DNA of 64,000 nucleotides from Octopus bimaculoides. Lineage: Eukaryota. Position numbers and translations under genes: made by a program. The notes beneath the pieces are model-generated. The model had not been told where the DNA came from, did no database searches, and saw only the letters and a list, made by a program, of their open reading frames with translations. The stretch is taken from NCBI RefSeq assembly GCF_001194135.2, contig NC_068987.1, positions 14,266,679 through 14,330,678 on the forward strand, written 5' to 3'. Positions 1 to 10,760 of the stretch are shown one piece after another. Each line of letters starts with the position of its first letter. Position 1 is the first letter of the stretch.

Positions 1-99
1 TGTAAATCGTAAAATTTGTAAAATTAGTACTAGGGGCAATCTTGAGCAGGTTGGTATCAAAAAGGTTTATGAATGCAAGTCTAGTATGTATTGGGTGCA

Positions 100-470
100 T
101 ATGAATGGAAGGTCAAGGAATAGAGAGTGGTATCATCAGTGTAGGAGTGTGTGTGTGTGTGAAATGAATGGTAACAAGGAATGTCATTGATGTACCAGAG
201 GAAGAATTGGTAAGACAAACTGAATCCTGAGGTACATCGGATTTGATGTAATGTAAGTTGGGAAGAGCAACAACATATTACAATAGAATGAATTGGTAGA
301 AAATGTCTAAGCTATGAGACAGGGTACAGATGGGATCAATAAACTGATAGCTTTAGAGGTTCTGATGCCAGAGTTGAAAGATTTGCTGATGTGAAGGGCA
401 ACAATATTGTTCAAAATAAAGGCATTCGTTTATTTGTGTAAGGAAGAAAGTGTGTGCTAAATCTGACCCT
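100..470 (-). mobile_element. Decayed non-LTR retrotransposon (CR1/Jockey-like) reverse transcriptase core
   Basis: Hand translation of the minus strand, across frameshifts, gives IVALHISKSFN (cf. ALDISKAFD), DVPQDSV..YINDI (cf. GVPQGSVL..YINDL) and HSYTDDTTLYS (cf. YADDT), in the expected order. Confidence 0.85.
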
Positions 471-503
471 ATAAAAACTCTACAAGTAATTACTCAGAAT
501 AGT

Positions 504-730
504 TTAACCTTTTTCTTAACACACACACATATGTATATTGAAATATACTGTTTCAATTAATTGTTAAAATAACAAAGTATTAAAATAACATTGTCATTAT
601 TAGGATGATGTTTGGAATATAAATTAACAAGAAATTTTGATGGCAGGTTTTAATTTAGATGACTTTAAAACAAGGAAATTTGTGTCACAGCTAAGAGCAG
701 TTTCAGGCAGATTGGTATCAAAAGAGTTAA
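504..730. mobile_element. TTAA-flanked piggyBac-like MITE, family B, inserted in the LINE
   Basis: Starts ttaacctttt and ends ggtatcaaaagagttaa. The body resembles copies at 6530, 54700-55430 and 62322. Confidence 0.55.
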
Positions 731-739
731 GATGATAAA

Positions 740-2750
740 GTAAATGGCTGTTTGCAATTATTCCCAGTTCTCTGTAGAGAACTGGGACTGAACCTAAGCC
801 TTGATATAAGCTAATGGAATAGATTCTATCATGACTGGTCACTTAGTTGGGTTCATTGTATTTGATGTATGTGGTAGTGAAATAAATGTAGTGAAGAACA
901 AGAATTAGTGGTTTGTGCAGTGAGTGTGATGGAAAGGTCCCAGTTTTTGTTGAAGGCATTGCAGATAAGAAGATTTTGCATAATGGAAGTAATGTTAGTA
1001 TTGTCTCTTTCATTACTCTCTCTTCTTTTACTAATTCATCCCAGCCACTGTTTGGCCATCATACTCTTTCTTTGTTGACCCTGTCATCCTAATTCACCTT
1101 CTCTGTTATTCATCCTCATAATCATGTCAGTTTAAAAGAACAGAGACAATGTGGAATAATGAAAAGATTTTAATCTTGTGGGATACAACACAACATTATT
1201 AATGTTAGTTTCACAATAAAATACACTTAGTACATTCTGTAAAGTGGATGGCAAATAAGCTGGGACACCTTAGTGTCAAGAAGATCCTTTAGTCTTTCCA
1301 AGGATTTGATAGCCTCTCTATTGCTGGTGCCTAGACTGTGAAGTGGTTGTTGTTTGGAAGGGCATCCAGCTGTAGAAATCACATAAGTGAGACATGGTCC
1401 TCTAACTTGTATATGAGGACAGTAATTCTGAGTAACAACTGACCTGGAGTGGTATAATCTGTCCAGCCCATGCTTGCCTACAGAACAGACATGGTGATGT
1501 GATTTGTGAGAGACTTTGTTGCAATTCCTACTTGTTTAAAAGATCACATAGAAGCCTTTTTTCTTGGTCATAGTCTTAGATGCTGACTGAGTGTGGTGAT
1601 TCCTTTAGCCCTGGATGTTTTAAGCATTTGCTTTTTATTTGGTCATATCTTTTTGTGATTTTTTCCTTTACCCTATTAATTCTCTTGTGTCTGATGGAAA
1701 GAAGGAGTCTAAAGTGTGAATATTTTCTTATTTTATGTTTTAGTGTTTGTGTAGTTTTTGGTGGCTGCTTTTCAAAAAATGCATGACAGGTGGGTTTCCT
1801 TGCTGTTGGAGTCTAGATATGTTATCTGCAGGTTATTAATGTCAAGTAGTTGTAGCTATTGTTCACGTTGTTAATTACTTGCTATTGTATTTAACTGTTT
1901 GTTTAGTGGTTCTATGTTAGATGCAAATATTTGACAAATATGGGTGGTGTGGGGTGAAGGGGAGTGCGTGGGAGATATTTTCTTTGTTATTTCATTTCTT
2001 AGTTCTTGATGTTGAACATATTTTGGTTGTAAGCAATGTTTCCTCTGCAAATTTTGCATTTTTTCTTTATTTGCAAAGTATGTGCCCATCCACATCAGTG
2101 GCCATCACTCAATTTTTTTCAGTAAAAAAAAAAAAAAAGTCCAATTTCAATTTGAAAACCTTGTGTGCACAGTTTACAGGGAACTCTGGTCATGAGCACT
2201 GCATTGTGTTTTACACACAAGCAAATAACTGTACTCATCATTATTGTTTAACATCTGTGTTCCATGTTTGGGTGGTTCCACAAGATTTGATTAGCTTAAG
2301 GGTTGTGTTGGTCTGCAGTGTCTGCTTTGGTAAGGTTTCAATGGCTGGATACCCTTCCTAATGCTAGCCATTTTACAAAGTATATCGGTTTTTCATGACA
2401 CCAGCACTTGTGGGTTAACTAAGTAACCTGCTAGATAAGACTTCTTCACATAGTGGAGGTGCAGTATTCAAGCAGAAAGCATTGTGACAGGTGTAGTGAG
2501 GCTACAGTAGGAAGGAGAGACAGGAATAGGACTCCTGTTGTACAGAAGATACATGGGTACCTTTGCAAAAACAAAAGGAGAAAGGAAAGTAGAGATGGTA
2601 CAAGAAGGTGGATAGAGTATAGGAAGAAATTGGAACAGAGAATTGAGATTGGCTGGGTAGGTGGATGGTGGGGGACACCAGAAGAGGGAACAATGCTTAC
2701 AACTGAAATGTGTATACTAAGCATTAAGAACTAAGAAATGAAATAATTAA
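740..2750 (-). mobile_element. Fragmented upstream part of the same LINE, interrupted by other repeats
   Basis: Sequence at 800-840 resembles 19300-19350, which adjoins the second RT remnant. Endonuclease-like patches further upstream are weak. Confidence 0.35.
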
Positions 2751-3174
2751 AAAAAAATATCTGCCACAAACTCCTCCATAACACTCCCCTCTACATACAG
2801 TTGTCAAATATTTGTCTAACATAAAACCACTTCAACAGTAAAACACTTTAGTGTGTAATTAACAACGTCAGCAACTCTAACTGTAGCCACAACACTTCAA
2901 ATTCAACAGTAACAACCTTCAGATAATATATCTATACCCAACAGTAAGTAAACCTCCTTATCAAATGTTTTTCGAAAATTACTTTCTTTGCCTTTTTTTA
3001 AAATCAATTTGGTTATTTCACTTGTATAATTGGGGTTGTATTTTGTTCCTTGTGTAATATTATTCTGAAAGTAACTGTAATTTTTGTTTTTCCAATGTAT
3101 TTACTGTATTGCCTATATTGTGTTTATGTTCTTGTTGATTTCTGCAAAATTCTCAATTCTCTTTTGGTGGCACG

Positions 3175-3415
3175 TAAAATGCCCTATCTGAATGTGATCG
3201 ATGCCAGGCCCGCTTGACTGGCTCCCATGCTGGTGGTATGTAAAAAGCACCCGCTACATTCTTGGAGTGGTTGGTGTTAGGAAGGGCATCCAGCTGTAGA
3301 AACATTGCCAGATCAGATTGGTGCCTGGTGCATCCTCCTGGCTTTCCAGCCCTCAGTCAAACCATCCAACTCATGCCAGGATGGAAAACAGACGTTAAAC
3401 GATGATGATGATGAC
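3175..3415 (+). mobile_element. RTE-type LINE 3' end with (GAT)n tail
   Basis: ttaggaagggcatccagctgtagaaac...gacgttaaacgatgatgatgatga. The same tail recurs many times in the window, and RTE-type RT C-terminal fragments of apparently the same family lie at 35477 and 48450. Confidence 0.7.
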
Positions 3416-3954
3416 GAGTAGAAGCAAACTTTTTTTTTTTTTTCTCTTTTATGGAGTTTTCAAAATTTTATTTTGTTCATTGATATATGAGAGTACCTTT
3501 GAACACTTTTCATACTGCAGCTTTTGGGAATCCAGCAGGAAAATGTTATTACAGCTACTTCTGATAGAACCATATGGAGGAAGTGCCTGAGGATTCTACC
3601 TCTGCAACCCTTCCAGGATTAGTGGGCTGGCAAACTAGATGGATTGATGTGTGAATATGCCCTGATGGTGATCACACGATCACAGACACATACTTCTGCA
3701 CAGTTTCTATCTATCAAATTCACTTACAAGCATTAGTTGGCTCAAGCTGCTGCATAGTGGGACTGACCCCCACCCAAAATCACATAGTTGCAAAGCAAGC
3801 TTCGTAACCACACCATCATACCTTGGCCTATGTGTCTTGTCTTTAGATGTTATGCTGCCTTCTTCCTGCTTTTACATACACTGTCTTTGTCTAAGTCACT
3901 TATCTACAATGATTTCTTCGTCGATGTTTCTTTGTCCTCCTTATATATTATACT

Positions 3955-3970
3955 ATTTTGTTATTTCAGG
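3955..3970 (+). other. Likely splice acceptor before the coding exon of ZNF-A
   Basis: ttttgttatttcag|G, about 140 nt upstream of ATG 4109. A near-identical tattatttcag|G lies about 165 nt upstream of the ZNF-B ATG. Confidence 0.55.
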
Positions 3971-4108
3971 GTTTTTGTCACCAGTAATGCATTAATGAAG
4001 GATGGCATTATCAAGAAGATATGCAACGTCAGTTATATAACCTTGAAGTTGTTTATGAAATTATAAACAAAGGATTTCAATTTGCATTTAAGGGCAACAG
4101 ACAGCATT

Positions 4109-5869
4109 ATGGCTGAGATATGTAAAAATGAAATTCAAGCTGATGAAACACAATCTGAAAATAAAGATATACGTCGTGAGACAGAGTTAGATGTAACGAA
4201 GAAATTGTACACCTGTGATGTATGTTTACTAATATTCTCCGATATTGGAAGTTTGACTAATCACAAACATGTACACTCAGAGAAAAAACCATATCTGTGT
4301 AATGCCTGTGGCAAAACATTCTCACGGAAGACTAATTTAACCCGTCACAAACATATACACATAAGAGAAAAACCATGCCACTGTAATATCTGTGGTAAAT
4401 CATTTTCATCGATTGAAAATTTATCTTCTCATAAAAGCACTCATTCAGTTAAGAGACCACACCAGTGTAATGTCTGCGGTAAACGGTTTCCCAGAGGAGC
4501 AACATTAACTCGCCATAAACGTATTCACAATGATAAGAAACCATATCAATGTGACACTTGTGGCAAAACCTTCTCACAGAATGGGAATTTAGCTTCTCAT
4601 AAACTTGTTCACTCGGGAGAGAAACGATATCATTGTGATATTTGTAGTAAAACATTTTCCCGGAGTGAATATCTGAAACGACATATACGTGTTCACACAG
4701 GGGAAAAACCATATGAATGTGATATCTGTGGCAAGGCATTCTCTGGGAGTGCAAACCTCACTTGTCATAAACGTAGGCACACAGGTGAGAAACCATACCA
4801 TTGTGATATCTGTAGTAAATCATTCTCAACAAGTGGAACTTTATCTTGTCATAAGCGTATTCATTCAGGTGAGAAATCATATCAGTGTGATATCTGCGGT
4901 AAAACATTCTCTCAAAATGGACTGTTAGTTAATCACCGAAGTGTTCACACACGTGAGAAACCGTACTACTGTGACATCTGCGGTAAAAGATATTCTGTAA
5001 AAGGAGATTTAACACGTCACAGTCGGGTTCATACTGATAAGAAATCTAACCAGGGTGATAAAATCTGTGATAAAAAGATCACTGTCAGTGAAAATATAAT
5101 TTCTCCTGAACTGATTGAGATAGAGAAACCACATCAGTGTGATATCTGTGGTAGAAGGTTTTCAGAGAATAGATATTTAATTATGCACAAGCATATTCAT
5201 ACAGGTGAGAAACCATATCAGAGTAATATCTGTGATAGAAAGATGGATGAAAATGAAAACTTAAATTCTCACTCGGAGAAATCGTACGAGTGTAATATCT
5301 GTGGTAAGATATTTGCACAGAAGAGATATTTAATTAGGCACACACATATTCACACAGGTGATAAACCATACCACTGCGACACATGTGGTAAAGCATTCTC
5401 TCAAAATGAGTATCTGACACTTCACAAACGTATTCACACAGGAGAAAAACCATATGTGTGTGATATTTGTGGTAAAGCATTCTCTACGAGTAAAAGTGCA
5501 ACTCGTCACAAGCGTATTCACACAGGTGAGAAACCATATCACTGTGATGTCTGTGGTAAGACATTCTCCGAAAGTTCAAAATTAACTCGTCACAAAGATA
5601 CACACACAGGTGTGAAGCCATATCACTGTGATATCTGTGGCAAAACCTTTTCAGTGAAAACAAATTTAACTCGTCACAATAATATACACAGAGGAGAAAA
5701 TGCTTGTCACTGTGATGTGTGTGGTAAAACATTTTCAACAACCGAAGATTTGTCATCTCATAAATCTATTCATTTAGATGAGAAACCATATCATTGTGAT
5801 GTCTGTGGTAAAATATTTTCTGAAAGCAAAGCATTATCTGTCCATAAACGTAGTCACATGGATGAGTAA
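4109..5869 (+). CDS. C2H2 zinc-finger protein A (586 aa; 18 intact and 2 degenerate fingers)
   Basis: Uninterrupted ORF of C-x2-C-x12-H-x3-H units with TGEKP-type linkers. ATG 4109 chosen because its context (acagacagcattATG) and 33-aa leader match the paralogues. Confidence 0.95.
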   Translation: MAEICKNEIQADETQSENKDIRRETELDVTKKLYTCDVCLLIFSDIGSLTNHKHVHSEKKPYLCNACGKTFSRKTNLTRHKHIHIREKPCHCNICGKSFSSIENLSSHKSTHSVKRPHQCNVCGKRFPRGATLTRHKRIHNDKKPYQCDTCGKTFSQNGNLASHKLVHSGEKRYHCDICSKTFSRSEYLKRHIRVHTGEKPYECDICGKAFSGSANLTCHKRRHTGEKPYHCDICSKSFSTSGTLSCHKRIHSGEKSYQCDICGKTFSQNGLLVNHRSVHTREKPYYCDICGKRYSVKGDLTRHSRVHTDKKSNQGDKICDKKITVSENIISPELIEIEKPHQCDICGRRFSENRYLIMHKHIHTGEKPYQSNICDRKMDENENLNSHSEKSYECNICGKIFAQKRYLIRHTHIHTGDKPYHCDTCGKAFSQNEYLTLHKRIHTGEKPYVCDICGKAFSTSKSATRHKRIHTGEKPYHCDVCGKTFSESSKLTRHKDTHTGVKPYHCDICGKTFSVKTNLTRHNNIHRGENACHCDVCGKTFSTTEDLSSHKSIHLDEKPYHCDVCGKIFSESKALSVHKRSHMDE

Positions 5870-6215
5870 GCATAATACTGTGATATCAGTGGTAAAATAT
5901 TCTCTCAAAGCAGGCATTTAACTTATCACACATTTGAAAAAAAAAAACCACATCACACCACTGATGTCATTTAGTAAAATGTTTCTCCGAATGAATGTTT
6001 GAAATACTCCAAAGATATTCATAAAAGAAAAAACGAAAATTTGTGAATGTTATACCTTTGATAAAACATTCTCTGGAAGTCAAAAATCTTGTTATGAACG
6101 TATACTTCATGTAATAAAACTACCAATGTGATATCTGTGATAAATCATTTTTGATAAATTAAAGTATGTCTTGTCAAAAATGTACACTCAGGTCAGAAAC
6201 CTTACCAGAGTGATA
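5870..6215 (+). pseudogene. Vestigial zinc fingers downstream of the ZNF-A stop
   Basis: Finger-like DNA with stops and frameshifts: tactgtgatatcagtggtaaaatattctct, gataaaacattctct, caatgtgatatctgtgataaatca, cactcaggtcagaaaccttac. Confidence 0.75.
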
Positions 6216-6229
6216 TTAATTATTAACTG

Positions 6230-6525
6230 AAAGTCAACTATTTACTCCTCAGGGTCTCTACTAACTTCATGAAATCTTTGCATGGCTTCCAACTTCACAC
6301 TGTTTATGCTTAACAAAACTCCCTATAAATTTTCCTTTCTCATACTTCCTGTTTCACATAGATACAACCATTCTATCACATAGATACAAATCATTGTATC
6401 ACATAGATAGAATAATTCTAAAATCACACTCTTCTGCAGTTGATTCTGCTCTTTACTTCTTTAAAACATGTGGATATAGCAACATCCATGCATATCCTAA
6501 ACATCTTATACCAGGCTTGAACAAG
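6230..6525 (+). mobile_element. Old LINE-like fragment related to 22790-23440
   Basis: agcaacatccatgcatatcctaaacatcttataccagg aligns with agcaacatccatgttcaaactaaacacctcacatcagg at about 23080. Confidence 0.35.
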
Positions 6526-6529
6526 CTTC

Positions 6530-6700
6530 TTAACCCTTTTGTTACTATGCTTCTATTAAACTACACTGCTTTTGTTTCAATTAATTCATTAAAAAAAAGC
6601 AATGAAGAATTTAGTAAAATAATTTCGTTATTATTAAAACTTTTGTTTGGAACTTAAATTTTAATTTTTAGGTTTTAATTTAGATCACTTTAGAACAAGA
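6530..6700. mobile_element. TTAA MITE family B, partial
   Basis: Begins ttaacccttttgttact, as at 62322. Confidence 0.5.
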
Positions 6701-8562
6701 ATCTTTTACAAGGTGTGACAAAAAAAAAAAAACCTCCCAGATTTATCACTCTTGATAAATGTTTTAACAGCAAGCACACAGTGTGCACCAGTTCAAATCA
6801 TAATGGTAATTGAAAGAAAAAAATAAAACATTAGCTACATGAAGACACTTACTGTCTGCTTAGTTTCACTAATAGCATGCCATTGGCTGTATAGAAATAT
6901 GGGGGATCATTCTGTTGCATCCTGTATCAGAAAACCAAGGGACAGTCTAAGGTGGCCGGTATCAAAAGGATTAGATCAAGTTGTTTCAAATTTAACTCTT
7001 TCAATAGGGATATGACAATTCAGTTTCTTTCAACATCACAAAGACACATCTGTAATCATAAGTAATACATAAAAAAAAAAAAATCACAGCCCCTACTTCA
7101 TTTCACAATCGACAGTGATCTCTCATGACAGCTTGCTGTATTAAACATGTTATGCAATCAGCAACTTGCTCTCTGGAGGTCTATGCTGTTCCTGAAAACA
7201 TCAACTTAAAGATATTAGAAGGATCATATTTGATTGCATAAAAGATGCACAGGCATATCAGCTGCACCTCAGTTTCAGCAGCACATTCAAGGAAAAAAAA
7301 AATGTTTTTAGTGGATTAAAACTTATGGGTGGGGAGACAACTTTGCACATAGGACCTGGGGTGATTTTCTTTTGTAACATATTTTTTTAGAAAATAAGTG
7401 TCTTACATGCCATCAGGTATGGTGAATGTCTCATTTATCTAGAAGGTTCTGACTGATTTTAAAAGAAGCCGCAATCATATATCCATATCCTCTTAGGAGA
7501 TCCACTGCTTTGACAGAAGGGTTACTGCTATCTCTAGTTTTGGGCATCTACCATTGACAAGGCCAGAGAAGACTGAAATCACATAACCTGATTGTCCCAG
7601 TGACGATAGTGGATGATTATCTCCTGCTAGTAATATAAACAGGAGTGCTTGTATGCACCATTAGTCCACGAGAGCTTATCACCTAGTAAATAATAATGTT
7701 CTTACACAACATTCACTTTTAAGTGGGGATAAATATTACCTGTTGGAATGAATAGTGCTTCTGTCACTAATTATTGTTTTATTGTAACATCTTGGTAGAA
7801 TTATTCTATAGGCAAAGGTATGGCTAAGAAGTTTTTAGCCTTGTGAATGGATTTACTGGATGGAAACTAAAAGAAACCTCCTCTGTGTGTGTGTGCATCT
7901 ATGCATGGGTGTATGTTTTTACTTGAGTCTCCTTGTCTTGGCATTGCATGATAGTTGTAAACAAACGTTAGTGTCATATATGCAGTGTCTTTCAATTCCA
8001 ATCTTCTGTAAAAATGTGTGGCCATGAAGAAATTTTAGCTTCCTTGGAAACAAGAAGGGCATCAGAATATCGAAAAATCTGCCTCAATAAATTCCATGTG
8101 AACCTTGCAAGCATGTAAAAAATAGAAGCTAAATAATAGACAAATGTAATATTTTACCATTCTTTGACTTTTAAAACATTCTGCTTTATCATATACCAAA
8201 TGTTACATATAAATAACTGAGAAAGTTTTTGATAGAAATATTTAAATTAAATTTCATAAATATAATTTTTCCCCAATGACATTTTTCCATTTTATTTTCT
8301 TAGATTGAAAGAAGTTGGAAGCTTTTTTTTTTTTTTTTAATAAACTTTGTACTGGAGTCCACTGCAACATTGTGTTAAGGCTTAATACAAATACTGTTTG
8401 ACATGATAATCATTACCTTGGCCAGTTCTTAGTGTAAATGATAATTATTCTGTTATCATTTCTAATTGTACTTTGTTAGAGTAGTAGTGTTTGAAAATGT
8501 GTTGTTGCATTTCCAATTGTTTTACTGTTCTAATTAAGCTAGTAATAAACATAATTATTGCC

Positions 8563-8789
8563 ATGAGGGGGTGCTGAAAAGTTCCTGGCTTTAAGGATAT
8601 CGGGGGAAAAATCCTGATTGGAAGCCCAACTTCCTGAGTTCTTTTACAGGGCTTAAAAAAACCGAAGGGACCACTGCAATATGTGTGTGAATCTTAGAAG
8701 GGAATATGTTGCATAAAATAATAATCAACTGATCCTCCTGTATTTTCTTTTACTCAAAGCCAGGAACTTTTAAGCACCCACCCCTTGTA
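8563..8789. mobile_element. Mariner-type MITE
   Basis: Inverted ends gagggggtgctgaaaagttcctggcttt / aaagccaggaacttttaagcacccacccct, right end followed by TA. Confidence 0.8.
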
Positions 8790-9011
8790 TATTGTTGATG
8801 ATAAATACCTGTAGTTTGAAAAAATGATTTCATTTCCATATAACAGTTGTCCTGATTCTTTTTCATCGAACATTATATATAAAGATTTAAATTGCCAAAA
8901 GAAAGAATATATATTAAAAAAAAAATTCATGTAAAATATAAAGAAAAAGGAAAACATGAAACTCCTTTCAATATATATATATCAATGCTTTGTTTCAATT
9001 CTTTTTTATTT

Positions 9012-9400
9012 TACTCTCTTTACTCTTTTACTTGTTTCAGTCATTTGACTGTGGCCATGCTGGAGCACCACCTTTTTAGTCGAGCAAATCGACCCCAGGA
9101 CTTATTCTTTGTAAGCCTAGTACTTATTCTATTAGTCTCTTTTGCCGAACCGCTAAGTTACGGGGACATAAACACACAAGCATCGGTTGTTAAGCGATGT
9201 TGGGGAGACAAACAAACAAACACACACACACATATACGACAGGTTTCTTTCAGTTTCTGTCTACCAAATCCACTCACAGGGCTTTCGTCGGCCCGAGGCT
9301 ATAGTAGAAGACACTTGCCCAAGGTGCCACGCAGTGGGAATGAACCCGGAACCATGTGGTTGATAAGCAAGTTACTTACCACGCAGCCACTCCTGCGCCT
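9012..9400 (-). mobile_element. tRNA-derived SINE, family 1, full length
   Basis: Minus strand starts aggcgcaggagtggctgcgtggtaagt with gggttcattccc (B-box-like), has an internal microsatellite and ends gactgaaacaagtaaaagagtaaa. About 20 copies or fragments in the window. Confidence 0.9.
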
Positions 9401-9913
9401 GAAAATAATTAAAAAAAAGAATTTTAATTTGATGTTTAAATTTGGAAATTTGATGTTTAAATGTTGAAAAGATGGAACCATTTGTAAGCTTTTCTGTTAC
9501 TTGGGACTCTGTATAAAACAATATTTATGTATTTTTTGTAGCACATATATTTTATTAATATAGAATTTTATCAGGAGTCTCTACTCTATAGAGTGTGGTT
9601 AATGTTGAGAAAACAGAACTCTCCAGAAAAACAGTTGAAACTGTGTGAGGTGTATTTGGGTCCTGGATTGGGAGTTTAGTGAAATATTTAGGGTACTGGT
9701 AAATGCTTACAAGCACTCTCTTTGGAAACTACAGAAAGTAGCATTCATTATGAGACAGGATATCTTTCGAGGAATTCAATTTGTTGGAAAGCTGCAGAAA
9801 AAGTATGAACAATGTGAAGTTGGTGACAGGAAGTGCATCTGGGTGTAGAAAATCTACCTCAGCAAATTTCATCTGTCCCATGTCAGCATGGAAAAGTAAA
9901 TATTAAAACCATG

Positions 9914-9953
<40 letters not shown>

Positions 9954-10007
9954 TTATATATTCGTTTTGTAAGATTCTTGATGTGAAATCGTGTGTTGAA
10001 ACAGATA

Positions 10008-10248
10008 TTGTATTTGAGGATGGTCATGTTGCCAGTTTAGCCAATAAAAATGGCTGATCGTTAGTAAGGAAAGACACACAAATAAGAAAGAAGAAAGCAA
10101 AGGACCACTGATGAGGTCACAGAAGTGTGACGAAAGAACACTCTGGGCGAAATACGATTAATGTAAAATAAAGCTGAAGCAAATTAACACCAAATATATG
10201 GTGCGTGTGTTTTTATTGGCTAAACTGGCAACATGACCATCCCCAAAT

Positions 10249-10252
<4 letters not shown>
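10008..10252 (+). mobile_element. Penelope-type non-autonomous element bounded by 43-bp inverted repeats
   Basis: 10008-10050 is the reverse complement of 10210-10252 with one mismatch. It encloses a hammerhead motif, with (TA)n tracts on both sides. Confidence 0.6.
10105..10146 (+). ncRNA. Minimal type I hammerhead ribozyme motif
   Basis: cca-CTGATGA-g-gtcaca(gaag)tgtgac-GAA-AG(aaca)CT-C^tgg: complete core, 6-bp helix II, 2-bp helix III, 3-bp helix I. Confidence 0.65.
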
Positions 10253-10321
<69 letters not shown>

Positions 10322-10577
10322 AAGGGCATTATTACAGAAAAATAATAACGCCACACAGTGGACTTCTCAAAATAACCACATTTAGTACCTAATGCGAGGA
10401 AAAACAACCAACAGAAGATGACCAACTTTCTTTTAAATAGACTTAACTGTGTATCGAAACGAATAATTATATTCGTGGGAATAGAAATTTCCCTTATGAA
10501 TTTTTTTACACACTGGTCTCTTGATAAGATTCTTGTAAAAGAGTTTTATCCGTTTTTGAATTTACTTATCATTCATA

Positions 10578-10760
10578 TATATATAATCCAAGAAAGTTAG
10601 GGGTTGTGAATCCAATCCACTAAGGGATGTATATATAATCGAAATATATATACGTTATATATATATATATATATAATCCAAGAAAGTTAGGGGTTGTGAA
10701 TCCAACCCACTAAGGGATGTATATATAATCGAAATATATATACATTATATATATATATAA
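10578..10760. repeat. Two-copy direct repeat (about 90-bp unit) interleaved with (TA)n
   Basis: tccaagaaagttaggggttgtgaatccaa(t/c)ccactaagggatgtatatataatcgaaat occurs twice. Confidence 0.9.

Noticed and set aside
4449-5756. Minus-strand ORFs over ZNF-A (likewise 21583-22422 and 30074-30478)
   Set aside because: Shadow frames of the periodic finger codons, with no protein motifs.
8892-9467. 191-aa ORF and similar ORFs containing SHLTAAMLEH or RHLPKVPRSG
   Set aside because: Translations of SINE family 1.
10405-10475. Hammerhead-like cagaagatg...tcgaaacgaata..tattcgtg
   Set aside because: The core reads CAGAAGA, helix II is not evident and position 17 is G; at most a dead PLE remnant.
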